Source of the DNA: Thermoplasmatota archaeon
Lineage (GTDB): Archaea; Thermoplasmatota; E2; JACPAO01; JAHFTW01
NCBI GenBank assembly: GCA_049617695.1
Contig: JBMZJT010000005.1
Coordinates: 2,965-55,727, forward strand
Reading direction: 5' to 3'
DNA: 52,763 nt
Shown here piece by piece: positions 17,425 through 25,680 of the stretch (positions are counted from its first letter, which is position 1; each line of letters opens with the position of its first letter). Made by a program: the position numbers and the translations under genes. Under the pieces are notes generated by a model, which saw nothing but the letters and a program-made list of their open reading frames with translations, made no database searches and was not told the DNA's origin.

Positions 17425-19074
17425 TCAGTGTGCGTGTCCGTGGCCGTCTGCGCCGCAAGGCGACCCGGCTTCGTTGTGTTCCGTGGCATCATCGATGTAA
17501 TCGAGGACCCAGTTCATCTCGGCAACCGCATCCACGGCTTGACCCGTCAATTGTGCCGTGTAGGGCCCCGCCTTGAATGGCGGCGCGGTTCCCGAGGCAT
17601 ACGTGTACGTCCATTCCGCGTACCGGGTGTCTGCGATGTCTAGCGTTTCGAAGGCATCACCGTTGGCGTCGCGCAACACGAGTTGCAGGTCATTGAGCAG
17701 TTGCTGTGCCGTGCCCGGAGAATCGATGGCGATGCTGAACCGGGCCGACTTCACCGCGCATGGCAATTCGAGGGGAATCTCCCAGGATTCGTCGACTTCG
17801 AGGCTGGTGCCGAGGCCTCGCTTCGTGACCATGTCCACGTCGTCCGGGAACTCCAAGGGTGGAATGTACGCCAGGCCACCGGGCAATTCCGCCTTGAACG
17901 GTGCAAGATCGTCTTCGTAGCCGGGGTAGATGATCTTCGTCAAACTTCCTCCTGGATATTGGCCGTCATTGGTCACATGGTTCACGACGTGCGTGTGGAA
18001 GACCCAGATGCCTTCGTTGTCCTCGCGGCCTTCGATGACGAGGTCCAGTCGTTCGCCGGGGCCAATCGGAACTGTGTCCTTGAACACGCGCGCGGATTCC
18101 GGTACCGGGTTGCCATCCGTGTGGGTCACCTCGAAGTCATGGCCGTGCGGGTGGAGCGTCTCAAACGTTGTTCCTGCATTCAACACGCGCAGCCGCAAGC
18201 GTTCTCCCGGTTCAATCTCGACAAGTCCCCCCATTTGACTCAACGTGTAAGGGAAGCTGACGCCGTTGATCATGAACGTGTCCGCCGTGATGTCCAGGCT
18301 TGGGTTCTGACAACCGGGTTGCCCGGTTTCGCCACACGAACCCAGGTGCTGGTGGTCAACATGCGGATTCTCCTGGCGGGCAGGCGTGTTTTCCATGAGC
18401 TCGCGGCGCAGCGTGCTCAGAACCAGGACCTGTTCGCGGTCAATGTCCTTGGGTTCCTGGCTCTTGTCCTGGGGTTCGACGATGAAGACGCCGAAGAGGC
18501 CCTGCATGACGTGGAGCTGCGTGTCCACGTGGCAGTGGTACCAGAGGGTCCCTGCGCGCTTCGCCTCGAATTCGTAGGTGAACGTGTCACCCGGCGCGAC
18601 GCTGTCCTGCGTGCTGCCCGGGACACCGTCACTGTGATTCGGCACGTACTGCCCGTGCCAGTGGATCGTGTGGTGATGCACATGGTTGTTCTCGAATTGC
18701 ACGATCACCTTGTCGCCTTGATTGACGCGAATGGTGGGCCCGGGCGTGCTGCAGGTGCCTTGCCATTCCGGATTGGCGACGTCGACGACCTGGTCCGGGA
18801 AGTATTCGACTGCGTCGACCGAATATTGGTCCTCGGGGTCGAGTGCCTTGAAGCAGAATGCCCATGCATTGACGTTCAAACCAGGGTAGACCGGCTTGTC
18901 GAGCAAGTCGAGAACCGTGGAGCGCAGCTTGATGGTCTTGCCGGTCGGCTTGTAGTCTTCGCCCGGCTCGAAATCATTGCTGCCACTGCTGAAGCCGAAG
19001 CAACCAGACAACGTCACAAACAGAAGCAGGGAAGCTCCCAGTACGGCCTTTCCCGGAACTGCGCGCGAACTCAT
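17425..19074 (-). CDS. Two-domain multicopper oxidase lipoprotein (type C-like), paralog of 6038-7651
   Basis: LSGC lipobox; HTIHWHG, WYHCHVDTQLHVMQGL, TLHPHG, FHTHVVNH; His-rich C-terminus. Confidence 0.9.
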   Translation of the reverse strand: MSSRAVPGKAVLGASLLLFVTLSGCFGFSSGSNDFEPGEDYKPTGKTIKLRSTVLDLLDKPVYPGLNVNAWAFCFKALDPEDQYSVDAVEYFPDQVVDVANPEWQGTCSTPGPTIRVNQGDKVIVQFENNHVHHHTIHWHGQYVPNHSDGVPGSTQDSVAPGDTFTYEFEAKRAGTLWYHCHVDTQLHVMQGLFGVFIVEPQDKSQEPKDIDREQVLVLSTLRRELMENTPARQENPHVDHQHLGSCGETGQPGCQNPSLDITADTFMINGVSFPYTLSQMGGLVEIEPGERLRLRVLNAGTTFETLHPHGHDFEVTHTDGNPVPESARVFKDTVPIGPGERLDLVIEGREDNEGIWVFHTHVVNHVTNDGQYPGGSLTKIIYPGYEDDLAPFKAELPGGLAYIPPLEFPDDVDMVTKRGLGTSLEVDESWEIPLELPCAVKSARFSIAIDSPGTAQQLLNDLQLVLRDANGDAFETLDIADTRYAEWTYTYASGTAPPFKAGPYTAQLTGQAVDAVAEMNWVLDYIDDATEHNEAGSPCGADGHGHAH

Positions 19075-19124
19075 TGTGCGCCACGACTCCCCTGTTGACT
19101 TAGGCGTGATGCTAAGGGAAGGGT

Positions 19125-20006
19125 TCACTCTTCATACGGCCGCCTCGATCGAGCGAACGCGAAGGCAGCCACCAAAGCGGCCGTTGCTGCCCAGGTCGGC
19201 AGCGGTGCGTCGCGACTCGGGGCGACTTCCAGGATTGGGCGGACCTGGACACTCCAATCCGGCATGTCGTGCCAACTGCGCAAGACCACCACTTGTTGCC
19301 CTGGTTCCTCGGCTGTAAATCGAACATCGATGCAAGCGTGGAACCGAGGAATCGAACGACAATCTTGCCAATCCGCTGAAGAACCGGTCCAATTCCACGA
19401 CTGGAGGGTCTCGTAGAATGAACCATCCTGGCTTGGGCGGATGCGATCGATTTGGACGATCATCGAGCCGTTGAACGGTTCATCCGGCGTGTCAAAGCTG
19501 CCCCGGACGGGAACCATGGTCATATCGAAGCGTACCTCATCGCCGGGCTTGGCCTCGATGTTGAACAGCAGCGGCCCGGCTTGCTCTGGCATTGACTTTC
19601 CGATGCAATCGCAGGTCTGGTCAAAGAACACGGTCAGCAGCACCGGCGCGTCGTCAAGGCTGGTCAGGGTCAAAGTCGGCCAGCCGGTATGCTGCAAGCG
19701 GGTCGTCGCTTCGTTGATGCCGGCCGTCCAATTCCAAGTCACGGCCCAGGCATCATCATCGAGTCGCGCCGTGATGTTGCCCGATGATACCGCATGGAAC
19801 ATGAGAAACCAATCCTCTTCGAGCGGAGCGCCACCGAAAGCCAATGTCTGGTTCATGGAGCTCTGCGGCGCGAGCGTGAGGTTCCAGGATTCGATGTGTT
19901 GCAGGTACGAACCGAACGGAAGCACCTTGCCATCCCCGACCTCCCCGTGTCCAACCACCGCGGGCGTGGCGAGGATGCAGAACAACACGAATGCGGCCAG
20001 GCGCAT
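19125..20006 (-). CDS. Exported protein with C-terminal TM anchor
   Basis: MRLAAFVL..VVGHG signal; CDC motif; RDAP-TM-RSRR tail. Confidence 0.75.
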   Translation of the reverse strand: MRLAAFVLFCILATPAVVGHGEVGDGKVLPFGSYLQHIESWNLTLAPQSSMNQTLAFGGAPLEEDWFLMFHAVSSGNITARLDDDAWAVTWNWTAGINEATTRLQHTGWPTLTLTSLDDAPVLLTVFFDQTCDCIGKSMPEQAGPLLFNIEAKPGDEVRFDMTMVPVRGSFDTPDEPFNGSMIVQIDRIRPSQDGSFYETLQSWNWTGSSADWQDCRSIPRFHACIDVRFTAEEPGQQVVVLRSWHDMPDWSVQVRPILEVAPSRDAPLPTWAATAALVAAFAFARSRRPYEE

Positions 20007-20063
20007 AGGTCGCGGCCACCAGTCGGACCTGAAAGCCGTGATGCTACCGGGACCAACCATGAT

Positions 20064-20090
20064 TGCTAAGCTCGGGCTCCCCTCTTAGCA
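20064..20090. promoter_or_regulatory. Spaced palindrome TGCTAAG-N13-CTTAGCA, candidate operator
   Basis: Perfect 7-bp arms in the divergent intergenic region between two MCO-containing operons. Confidence 0.45.
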
Positions 20091-20145
20091 CACGGCTTAA
20101 TCCACCACGAACTTGAGCCGCTTCCAACCATGTGGAGTTCAACCA

Positions 20146-20790
20146 ATGCTCGCCGGGGATGATGCCCGGCTGGCCCGCCGACAACGCCACGAGCAGACCA
20201 TGAAGGAGACGCGCCTCCAGCGAATGGTGTCGAAATACTGGAAGCAAGCGGCTCTCCTGGCCGGCGTAGCCCTCCTGGTGACCGCTGTCGCCGTGACCCA
20301 ACAAAGCGGCATCATCGCTTCCAAAGAATGCCCCGGTCACTGGCACGCATCCTTCCAAGTCGTAGTGGATGACGAAATCGTCAACATGGCCTCCACGAGC
20401 GCCCAGAACGCGGAAGCTCCCGGCTTCCACATGCACGGTAACGACAACCTACTCCACACGCACCCATCGGCACCTCGGTGCATTCCACTGGGAGCCGCCC
20501 TCTCGTCATTGAATGTGGATGTTTCCTCGAAGGCCATCGACGTCGGGTTCCTACCTGGAGCCGACCGATCCACGGTCGAAGGAAACCACGAAGTGGGCTC
20601 CGGTAAGGAACTGGCCATCTACTACGAGCCCTGGCAGGGAGAGTGGCGGCAAGTTTCGACGTCCTTCTTGAAGGAGCAAATTCCCAACGGTGCCCGGCTC
20701 CTCGTGACCTACGGCGCGCTTGACGAAGACACCATTGCACGTCAGCAAGCCTCAGTGCCCGAGATCCCGGACAACTACAAGCCCCAGTGA
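20146..20790 (+). CDS. Membrane-anchored His-motif protein of unknown function
   Basis: One N-terminal TM; HWHA, FHMHG.DN.LHTH motifs; start uncertain (20146/20200). Confidence 0.7.
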   Translation: MLAGDDARLARRQRHEQTMKETRLQRMVSKYWKQAALLAGVALLVTAVAVTQQSGIIASKECPGHWHASFQVVVDDEIVNMASTSAQNAEAPGFHMHGNDNLLHTHPSAPRCIPLGAALSSLNVDVSSKAIDVGFLPGADRSTVEGNHEVGSGKELAIYYEPWQGEWRQVSTSFLKEQIPNGARLLVTYGALDEDTIARQQASVPEIPDNYKPQ

Positions 20791-20794
20791 TTCC

Positions 20795-22060
20795 ATGATC
20801 GTACGCGCATTCCTGATGTCCGCCTTGTTCTGCTTGGTGTCCCTTGCCGGATGCTTCGGCTCTGGCAACGACTCTGCAGAAGCACCGCGTGAAACCCATG
20901 TGCACGAGATCGACTTGCTGGTCAATCCTTCCACGAGCACGACCGTGCCATTGTACACGCTCAATGATGGCGAGCGCCAAATGGAAGTCGTGGCGATGGG
21001 CTTCGAGTTGCCCGGCCAAGAAGGGCTCGAGCTGCCCAATCCGGAAATCCGGGTGCATGAAGGGGACACGGTCATCATCCGAGTCCAGAACCTCAACCCG
21101 CTGGCGCATACGTTCCACCTACATGGAGGCCTCGTCGATTGGGACATGGACGGCGTGCCCTACCTTACGCAGGAACCGATTCACCAGGGCGAGACGTACG
21201 AATACGTGTTCGAGGACATGAAGCCAGGGACGTACTTCTATCACTGCCACGTGGACGTGGCGCATCACATGGACCTGGGAATGTACGGTGCTTTCATCGT
21301 TGAAGAAGCCGAGCCCGAGTACGAGTTTGATGACGAGTTCACCTTGATGATCGATGAGTGGGACAACTGTCACGTGCACGGCAACACAGACCCTCTCACG
21401 GGCACAGAGAATTCCGGGGAATTCAGCGAACGCGCCGAATGCCTGGAGCGCTTCCTCCAGGACAACCTGGCCCAGAACCAACTCCTCAACGCGGCCAGAA
21501 ATCCAGTCTGCAACATGGATCCTCCACCCGATATTGCGGACGCATTGGACTGTGGGGCGCATGGAAACCCACCCCCACAACAGGAACCAAGATCCTGGTA
21601 TCCAACGACCTTCCCCGTCTACGCTCCAAAATACAACACGTATCTCATCAACGGCAAGGCATTCCCTGACACCGAGCCGCTCGTCGTCGAGGAAGGCAAG
21701 ACCTACAAGATCCGACTCGTCAACGTTGGAGAACAGATGCACAGCATCCACATCCACGGCCACAAGGCGCTCGTCACCCACCGGGATGGCTACCAACTGG
21801 ACTCGCCGTTCTACGTGGATACCCTGGGCATCATGCCTGGGGAGCGCTACGATGTGCTCGTCGACGCAGACAACCCCGGGCTCTGGGCATTCCATGATCA
21901 CGTGGGCCTCAACGTGATGAATGACAACCAAAGCCCCGGGGGCATGTTCACCTGCATGGCTTACGACGACTTCCGCGGCGTCGACGCCTACCAAATGGAA
22001 CGTGCCATCGATTGCATCACAGAAGCACGCAAATTGTTCCAACCCCACGGTGGACACTGA
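20795..22060 (+). CDS. Two-domain multicopper oxidase lipoprotein (type C-like)
   Basis: LAGC lipobox; HTFHLHG, YHCHVDVAHHMDLGM, HSIHIHG, FHDHV. Confidence 0.9.
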   Translation: MIVRAFLMSALFCLVSLAGCFGSGNDSAEAPRETHVHEIDLLVNPSTSTTVPLYTLNDGERQMEVVAMGFELPGQEGLELPNPEIRVHEGDTVIIRVQNLNPLAHTFHLHGGLVDWDMDGVPYLTQEPIHQGETYEYVFEDMKPGTYFYHCHVDVAHHMDLGMYGAFIVEEAEPEYEFDDEFTLMIDEWDNCHVHGNTDPLTGTENSGEFSERAECLERFLQDNLAQNQLLNAARNPVCNMDPPPDIADALDCGAHGNPPPQQEPRSWYPTTFPVYAPKYNTYLINGKAFPDTEPLVVEEGKTYKIRLVNVGEQMHSIHIHGHKALVTHRDGYQLDSPFYVDTLGIMPGERYDVLVDADNPGLWAFHDHVGLNVMNDNQSPGGMFTCMAYDDFRGVDAYQMERAIDCITEARKLFQPHGGH

Positions 22061-22064
22061 CACC

Positions 22065-22307
22065 ATGAACCTACAGCGGCCGTCCACGCGGCGCCTGTTG
22101 GCTGCGTTTCGGGACGGTGAGCGCCTGGCATCGAAGGACCTGCAGGAGCGCACAGGCCTGGCGCGCCGGACCATCCATACGGTCGTCAACGAATTGCTGG
22201 ATGCCGGCATCCTTCGCCGCCGCCACACATTCTCTGACACGCGACTTCAACTCTACGAACTGGCCATGCCCTATGAAGAAATCCAACACGCGTTAGGACA
22301 GCGTTGA
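22065..22307 (+). CDS. Small winged-helix regulator (MarR-like)
   Basis: KDLQERTGLARRTIH..V.EL.DAG.L......DTR...Y; resembles the C-terminal domain of 12180-12995. Confidence 0.8.
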   Translation: MNLQRPSTRRLLAAFRDGERLASKDLQERTGLARRTIHTVVNELLDAGILRRRHTFSDTRLQLYELAMPYEEIQHALGQR

Positions 22308-22332
22308 AGAACAACACAACTTCGAAGCATCC

Positions 22333-23415
22333 ATGCGCGCCCTGCCGATGACCATGATCGCATTGTTCATCGTGGCCTCCAACGTCTCCGCCGGCCCCGG
22401 TCATCAAGGCCCGGCGCCCGTCGAAGAATCCATGTTCGTGCACTTCACGGATCAAGGAATGGCGCTGCACCCCACACAACCCACGGCATACGAGAGCCTC
22501 ACAAGCGACGCAATGCCCGCATGCGGCGATGTCTTGTCGTGGCAGGCAGCTTTCAACCAGGGCAACCCAGCGGATGGTGTGCAGGCCGGATTGCTGTCAC
22601 GGCAAGCCGACTTGGACACGGCGCGCCCCAAACTGACGTGGTTCCTGCAAGCCACGATTCCCGGCGCAGGCGGCGCATCTCCTGCGCCTCTTCCCGATGT
22701 CCATCTCGTGGCGAGTCTTCGCACCGGAATGGACACGGTGGCCGTGGAAGATGGTACCGAGCTCGCCCGAGCCGAGGAAACCATCACGCTGGCAACGACC
22801 GCCATGGATGGCGTCTATGTGCTGGAATCTCGATTGACCTGGGCAAACGAACCCCTGCTGCCCAGTGGAGAAGCATTGCAACTAGAAGTCAGCTTGAACT
22901 TCGGCCCCGAACCATGCCAAACCCCGCTGCCCGGCATTGCCCCCTACGCGGATGCTGACCACCAGCCCCGGATTGATTGGAAGGTCTACGATCCCGTGCG
23001 CCTCGACGACTTTCGCGCCCAAGACGACCATGGCACCGTCACCCTCACACTGGAAGCGACCAGCCCCTGGGGCTCCGGGCACATCGCACCCGTCGACGAC
23101 CCCACGATCGCAGGCGGAATCGGCCCCGTGAGCGGCGTGACCCGAACCGGCATCGAAGAAGGGGACCTCCTGCGCATCACGTGGACCTGGCTCCAAGGCT
23201 CGGCCCCCAACGGCACCTACCGCGCCGACATCCTGATCCAGGACATCTTCGGCGCAGTTTCGACGCCAGACAACATCGTCTTCACCGTTGGTGACAACCG
23301 CGAACCGAGACAAGTGCCACTGGAGCCAGAGCCAGTCAAGGAATCGCCTGGCCTGGGCATTGCCGCGTTACTCGCCGTTTTCGGCTTGGTTATGAAGAAC
23401 CGAAGCAAATTGTAG
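22333..23415 (+). CDS. Exported protein with sorting tail
   Basis: Signal peptide ..VSAGPGH; KESPG-TM-KNRSKL. Confidence 0.8.
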   Translation: MRALPMTMIALFIVASNVSAGPGHQGPAPVEESMFVHFTDQGMALHPTQPTAYESLTSDAMPACGDVLSWQAAFNQGNPADGVQAGLLSRQADLDTARPKLTWFLQATIPGAGGASPAPLPDVHLVASLRTGMDTVAVEDGTELARAEETITLATTAMDGVYVLESRLTWANEPLLPSGEALQLEVSLNFGPEPCQTPLPGIAPYADADHQPRIDWKVYDPVRLDDFRAQDDHGTVTLTLEATSPWGSGHIAPVDDPTIAGGIGPVSGVTRTGIEEGDLLRITWTWLQGSAPNGTYRADILIQDIFGAVSTPDNIVFTVGDNREPRQVPLEPEPVKESPGLGIAALLAVFGLVMKNRSKL

Positions 23416-23455
23416 GACATCCTTCATCAAGACGCCCACATCGAACCAATCCGCC

Positions 23456-24043
23456 GTGGGCCTGTCTCGATTCCAACTCTTATTGATTGCCGCCGCCGCG
23501 ACCCTGCTCGTCGCGGCAATCTGGATGGCGTCCTCCAATCAAGAACCAGAGCTCAACCAAGCCGGTCCGCGCCACGGCGATGGGTCGCCAATCTATCTCT
23601 TCCAAAGCTACGATTGCGCAACGTGCTGGAACTTCACGGTAAACGGGGAACTCGAGAGCGTATTGGATGCTGCCGTGGCATCCGGACGCAGCGTCGTTTG
23701 GAAGACCGTAGCCCCCGGAAATCCCTACGGCGCAGTCGCATCGCATTGCGTGCTGGAGCAATTCCCGACGCAATGGCAATCATGGAACGAAGCCGCGTTT
23801 GCCGAGCAACTCGAACCCGGAACGGGCTGGACCTCTCTTGACCGCATCCTGTTCATGACGGAATCCCACTTCCTCATGCCACAAGACCAAACCCAGATCT
23901 TCGAAGCCTGCCTCTACGAAGGGCCTTGGCAGGAACAAGTTGCACTGGACACGAATTGGTGGAACAACAGCGTCCCGCTCCCAGCCTTATACGCCGATGG
24001 GCAATGGCACCCAGCTACCGCGCAAGCCATCAGGAACCCGTAA
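23456..24043 (+). CDS. Membrane-anchored DsbA/thioredoxin-fold protein
   Basis: N-terminal TM; FQSYDCATCW CxxC; ASHC..EQ; P.LY.DG. Confidence 0.7.
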   Translation: MGLSRFQLLLIAAAATLLVAAIWMASSNQEPELNQAGPRHGDGSPIYLFQSYDCATCWNFTVNGELESVLDAAVASGRSVVWKTVAPGNPYGAVASHCVLEQFPTQWQSWNEAAFAEQLEPGTGWTSLDRILFMTESHFLMPQDQTQIFEACLYEGPWQEQVALDTNWWNNSVPLPALYADGQWHPATAQAIRNP

Positions 24044-24045
24044 CC

Positions 24046-24420
24046 ATGGTCGTTATCTCCGTCAGTCTCACAAGCGATGAACTCCACAATTTCGACGCCG
24101 TCGTCGAGCATGTCGGCTACGACAGCCGGAGCAGTGCCATCCGTGATGCTTTGCACCACTTCATCGCGGAACACCGCCTCGAATTCAAGGAAGCCACCGA
24201 CGTCGTCCTGACGCTCGCATACGATGCAGAACGCCGGCAAGATCAGGTCCACGAACTGGTCCACGACCACCAGGACATCATCCAAACCAGCTTGCACAAC
24301 CACCGCGGCTCGCGGTGCCTGGACGTCTTGGTCGTCCACGGTGAAGGAAATCAGATTCACGAACTCATGGACAAGCTCACGCGAATCAAAGATGTCCGCG
24401 TGACCATCAGTTCACTATAG
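24046..24420 (+). CDS. nikR: NikR-like ribbon-helix-helix metal-responsive regulator
   Basis: VISVSL...FD....GY.SRSSAIRDAL RHH domain; LHNH....CL.V metal-binding ACT domain. Confidence 0.82.
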   Translation: MVVISVSLTSDELHNFDAVVEHVGYDSRSSAIRDALHHFIAEHRLEFKEATDVVLTLAYDAERRQDQVHELVHDHQDIIQTSLHNHRGSRCLDVLVVHGEGNQIHELMDKLTRIKDVRVTISSL

Positions 24421-24461
24421 GGCGTGGAGCAGACTCAAGCGACCTGCCAAGCAATCGTCGA

Positions 24462-25073
24462 TCAAGATGGCACGGAGCCTAGGGCGTTCCTGAGAACCTT
24501 GTAAGCGGACCGGGAAAACAGCAACAAAAGGACAGATGCAATCAAGAGGTCAGGCCACCCAGCGTCGAACACGACCACCATGGCCGCAGCAACGATGACC
24601 GCCATGCCCTCGTAGATGTCGTTGCGGCTGCACTCCCAGGCCGAGGCCATGTTGATGTCGCCGTGCCGATAGGGCGTGATCAATGCCAGGCTCACGGCGT
24701 TCGCGGCCAGGTTGGCCACAGCGATGGCACCCATTGCCTCAAAGATGGGCACTGCAGGGTGCAGAAGGCGCCACCCGATCTGGATGGCCACGGCGACAGC
24801 CGCCAAGGCAATGAGGGTGCCCTTCACAATGGCCACGCGGCGCTGCGCAGCCACGGATGCCCCCACCACGGCGAGGCTCAAACCATACGTGAGCGCGTCG
24901 CCAAAATTGTCCAGTCCTCCGGAGAGCAACGATGTGGACTTGCTCACGATGGACCCGAAGACGACCATTCCGAACGTCGTCACGTTGACGGCAAGGACAA
25001 TCGTGAGCACACGGCGCTGCTTTGCATGCAACTCGCCCAGGTCCATGACGGGATCACAACAGGCATCAGCCAC
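24462..25073 (-). CDS. Short cation diffusion facilitator (CDF)-family transporter
   Basis: GTG start inferred (MADACCD); S.SLL...LD.FGDA.TY and SAWECSRND motifs; about six TMs. Confidence 0.82.
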   Translation of the reverse strand: MADACCDPVMDLGELHAKQRRVLTIVLAVNVTTFGMVVFGSIVSKSTSLLSGGLDNFGDALTYGLSLAVVGASVAAQRRVAIVKGTLIALAAVAVAIQIGWRLLHPAVPIFEAMGAIAVANLAANAVSLALITPYRHGDINMASAWECSRNDIYEGMAVIVAAAMVVVFDAGWPDLLIASVLLLLFSRSAYKVLRNALGSVPS

Positions 25074-25178
25074 ACGCTCGAACGAATGCACTCCTTCATA
25101 ATCCGTGACCAACCGGTTGGCAACGTACGGCGAAAATCTTAGCAATCACGATATGAACTCGGCAACGTGGCCACGATT

Positions 25179-25643
25179 ATGCACATCGGCGCTTCAGTGG
25201 CGTTCTGTTTGCTGATCGCCCCAATCGCTATTGCCCACGGCGGCGAGGAGGAAACCGTCCTGTTCGTCGAAGCGTTCGACGATGATGGATTCTACTTCAA
25301 AATCGAAGGCTACGACGGTAAGAACCCGACCATCGTCTTCCAACCCGACACCACGTACCACATCAACTTCTACAACCGAGGAACAACGCCCCACAACTTC
25401 CGCGTCCACGAACTTCCAGACTTCGGCACGCCCATGATTGAGGGGGGAGAATCGGCGCAACTCGAATTCACGGTACCAACGTCCGGACTTGACGCGTATT
25501 GGTGCGACCCCCACCGTGATCTCGGAATGGAAGGTAAGGCCGTGAAGAACCCGGACGACTTGAAGGAGGATGCGCCTGGATGGGGCATCATCAGCGCCCT
25601 AGGCGCCTTGGGGCTCGTTATGATGATTCGCCGCCGCGGTTAG
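25179..25643 (+). CDS. Surface-anchored cupredoxin, paralog of 5041-5487
   Basis: NPT, PHNF, YWCDPH..LGM; EDAPG-TM-RRRG. Confidence 0.88.
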   Translation: MHIGASVAFCLLIAPIAIAHGGEEETVLFVEAFDDDGFYFKIEGYDGKNPTIVFQPDTTYHINFYNRGTTPHNFRVHELPDFGTPMIEGGESAQLEFTVPTSGLDAYWCDPHRDLGMEGKAVKNPDDLKEDAPGWGIISALGALGLVMMIRRRG

Positions 25644-25680
25644 GACACGATTCAATAATCCCCAACATTGAGGACCCTTT

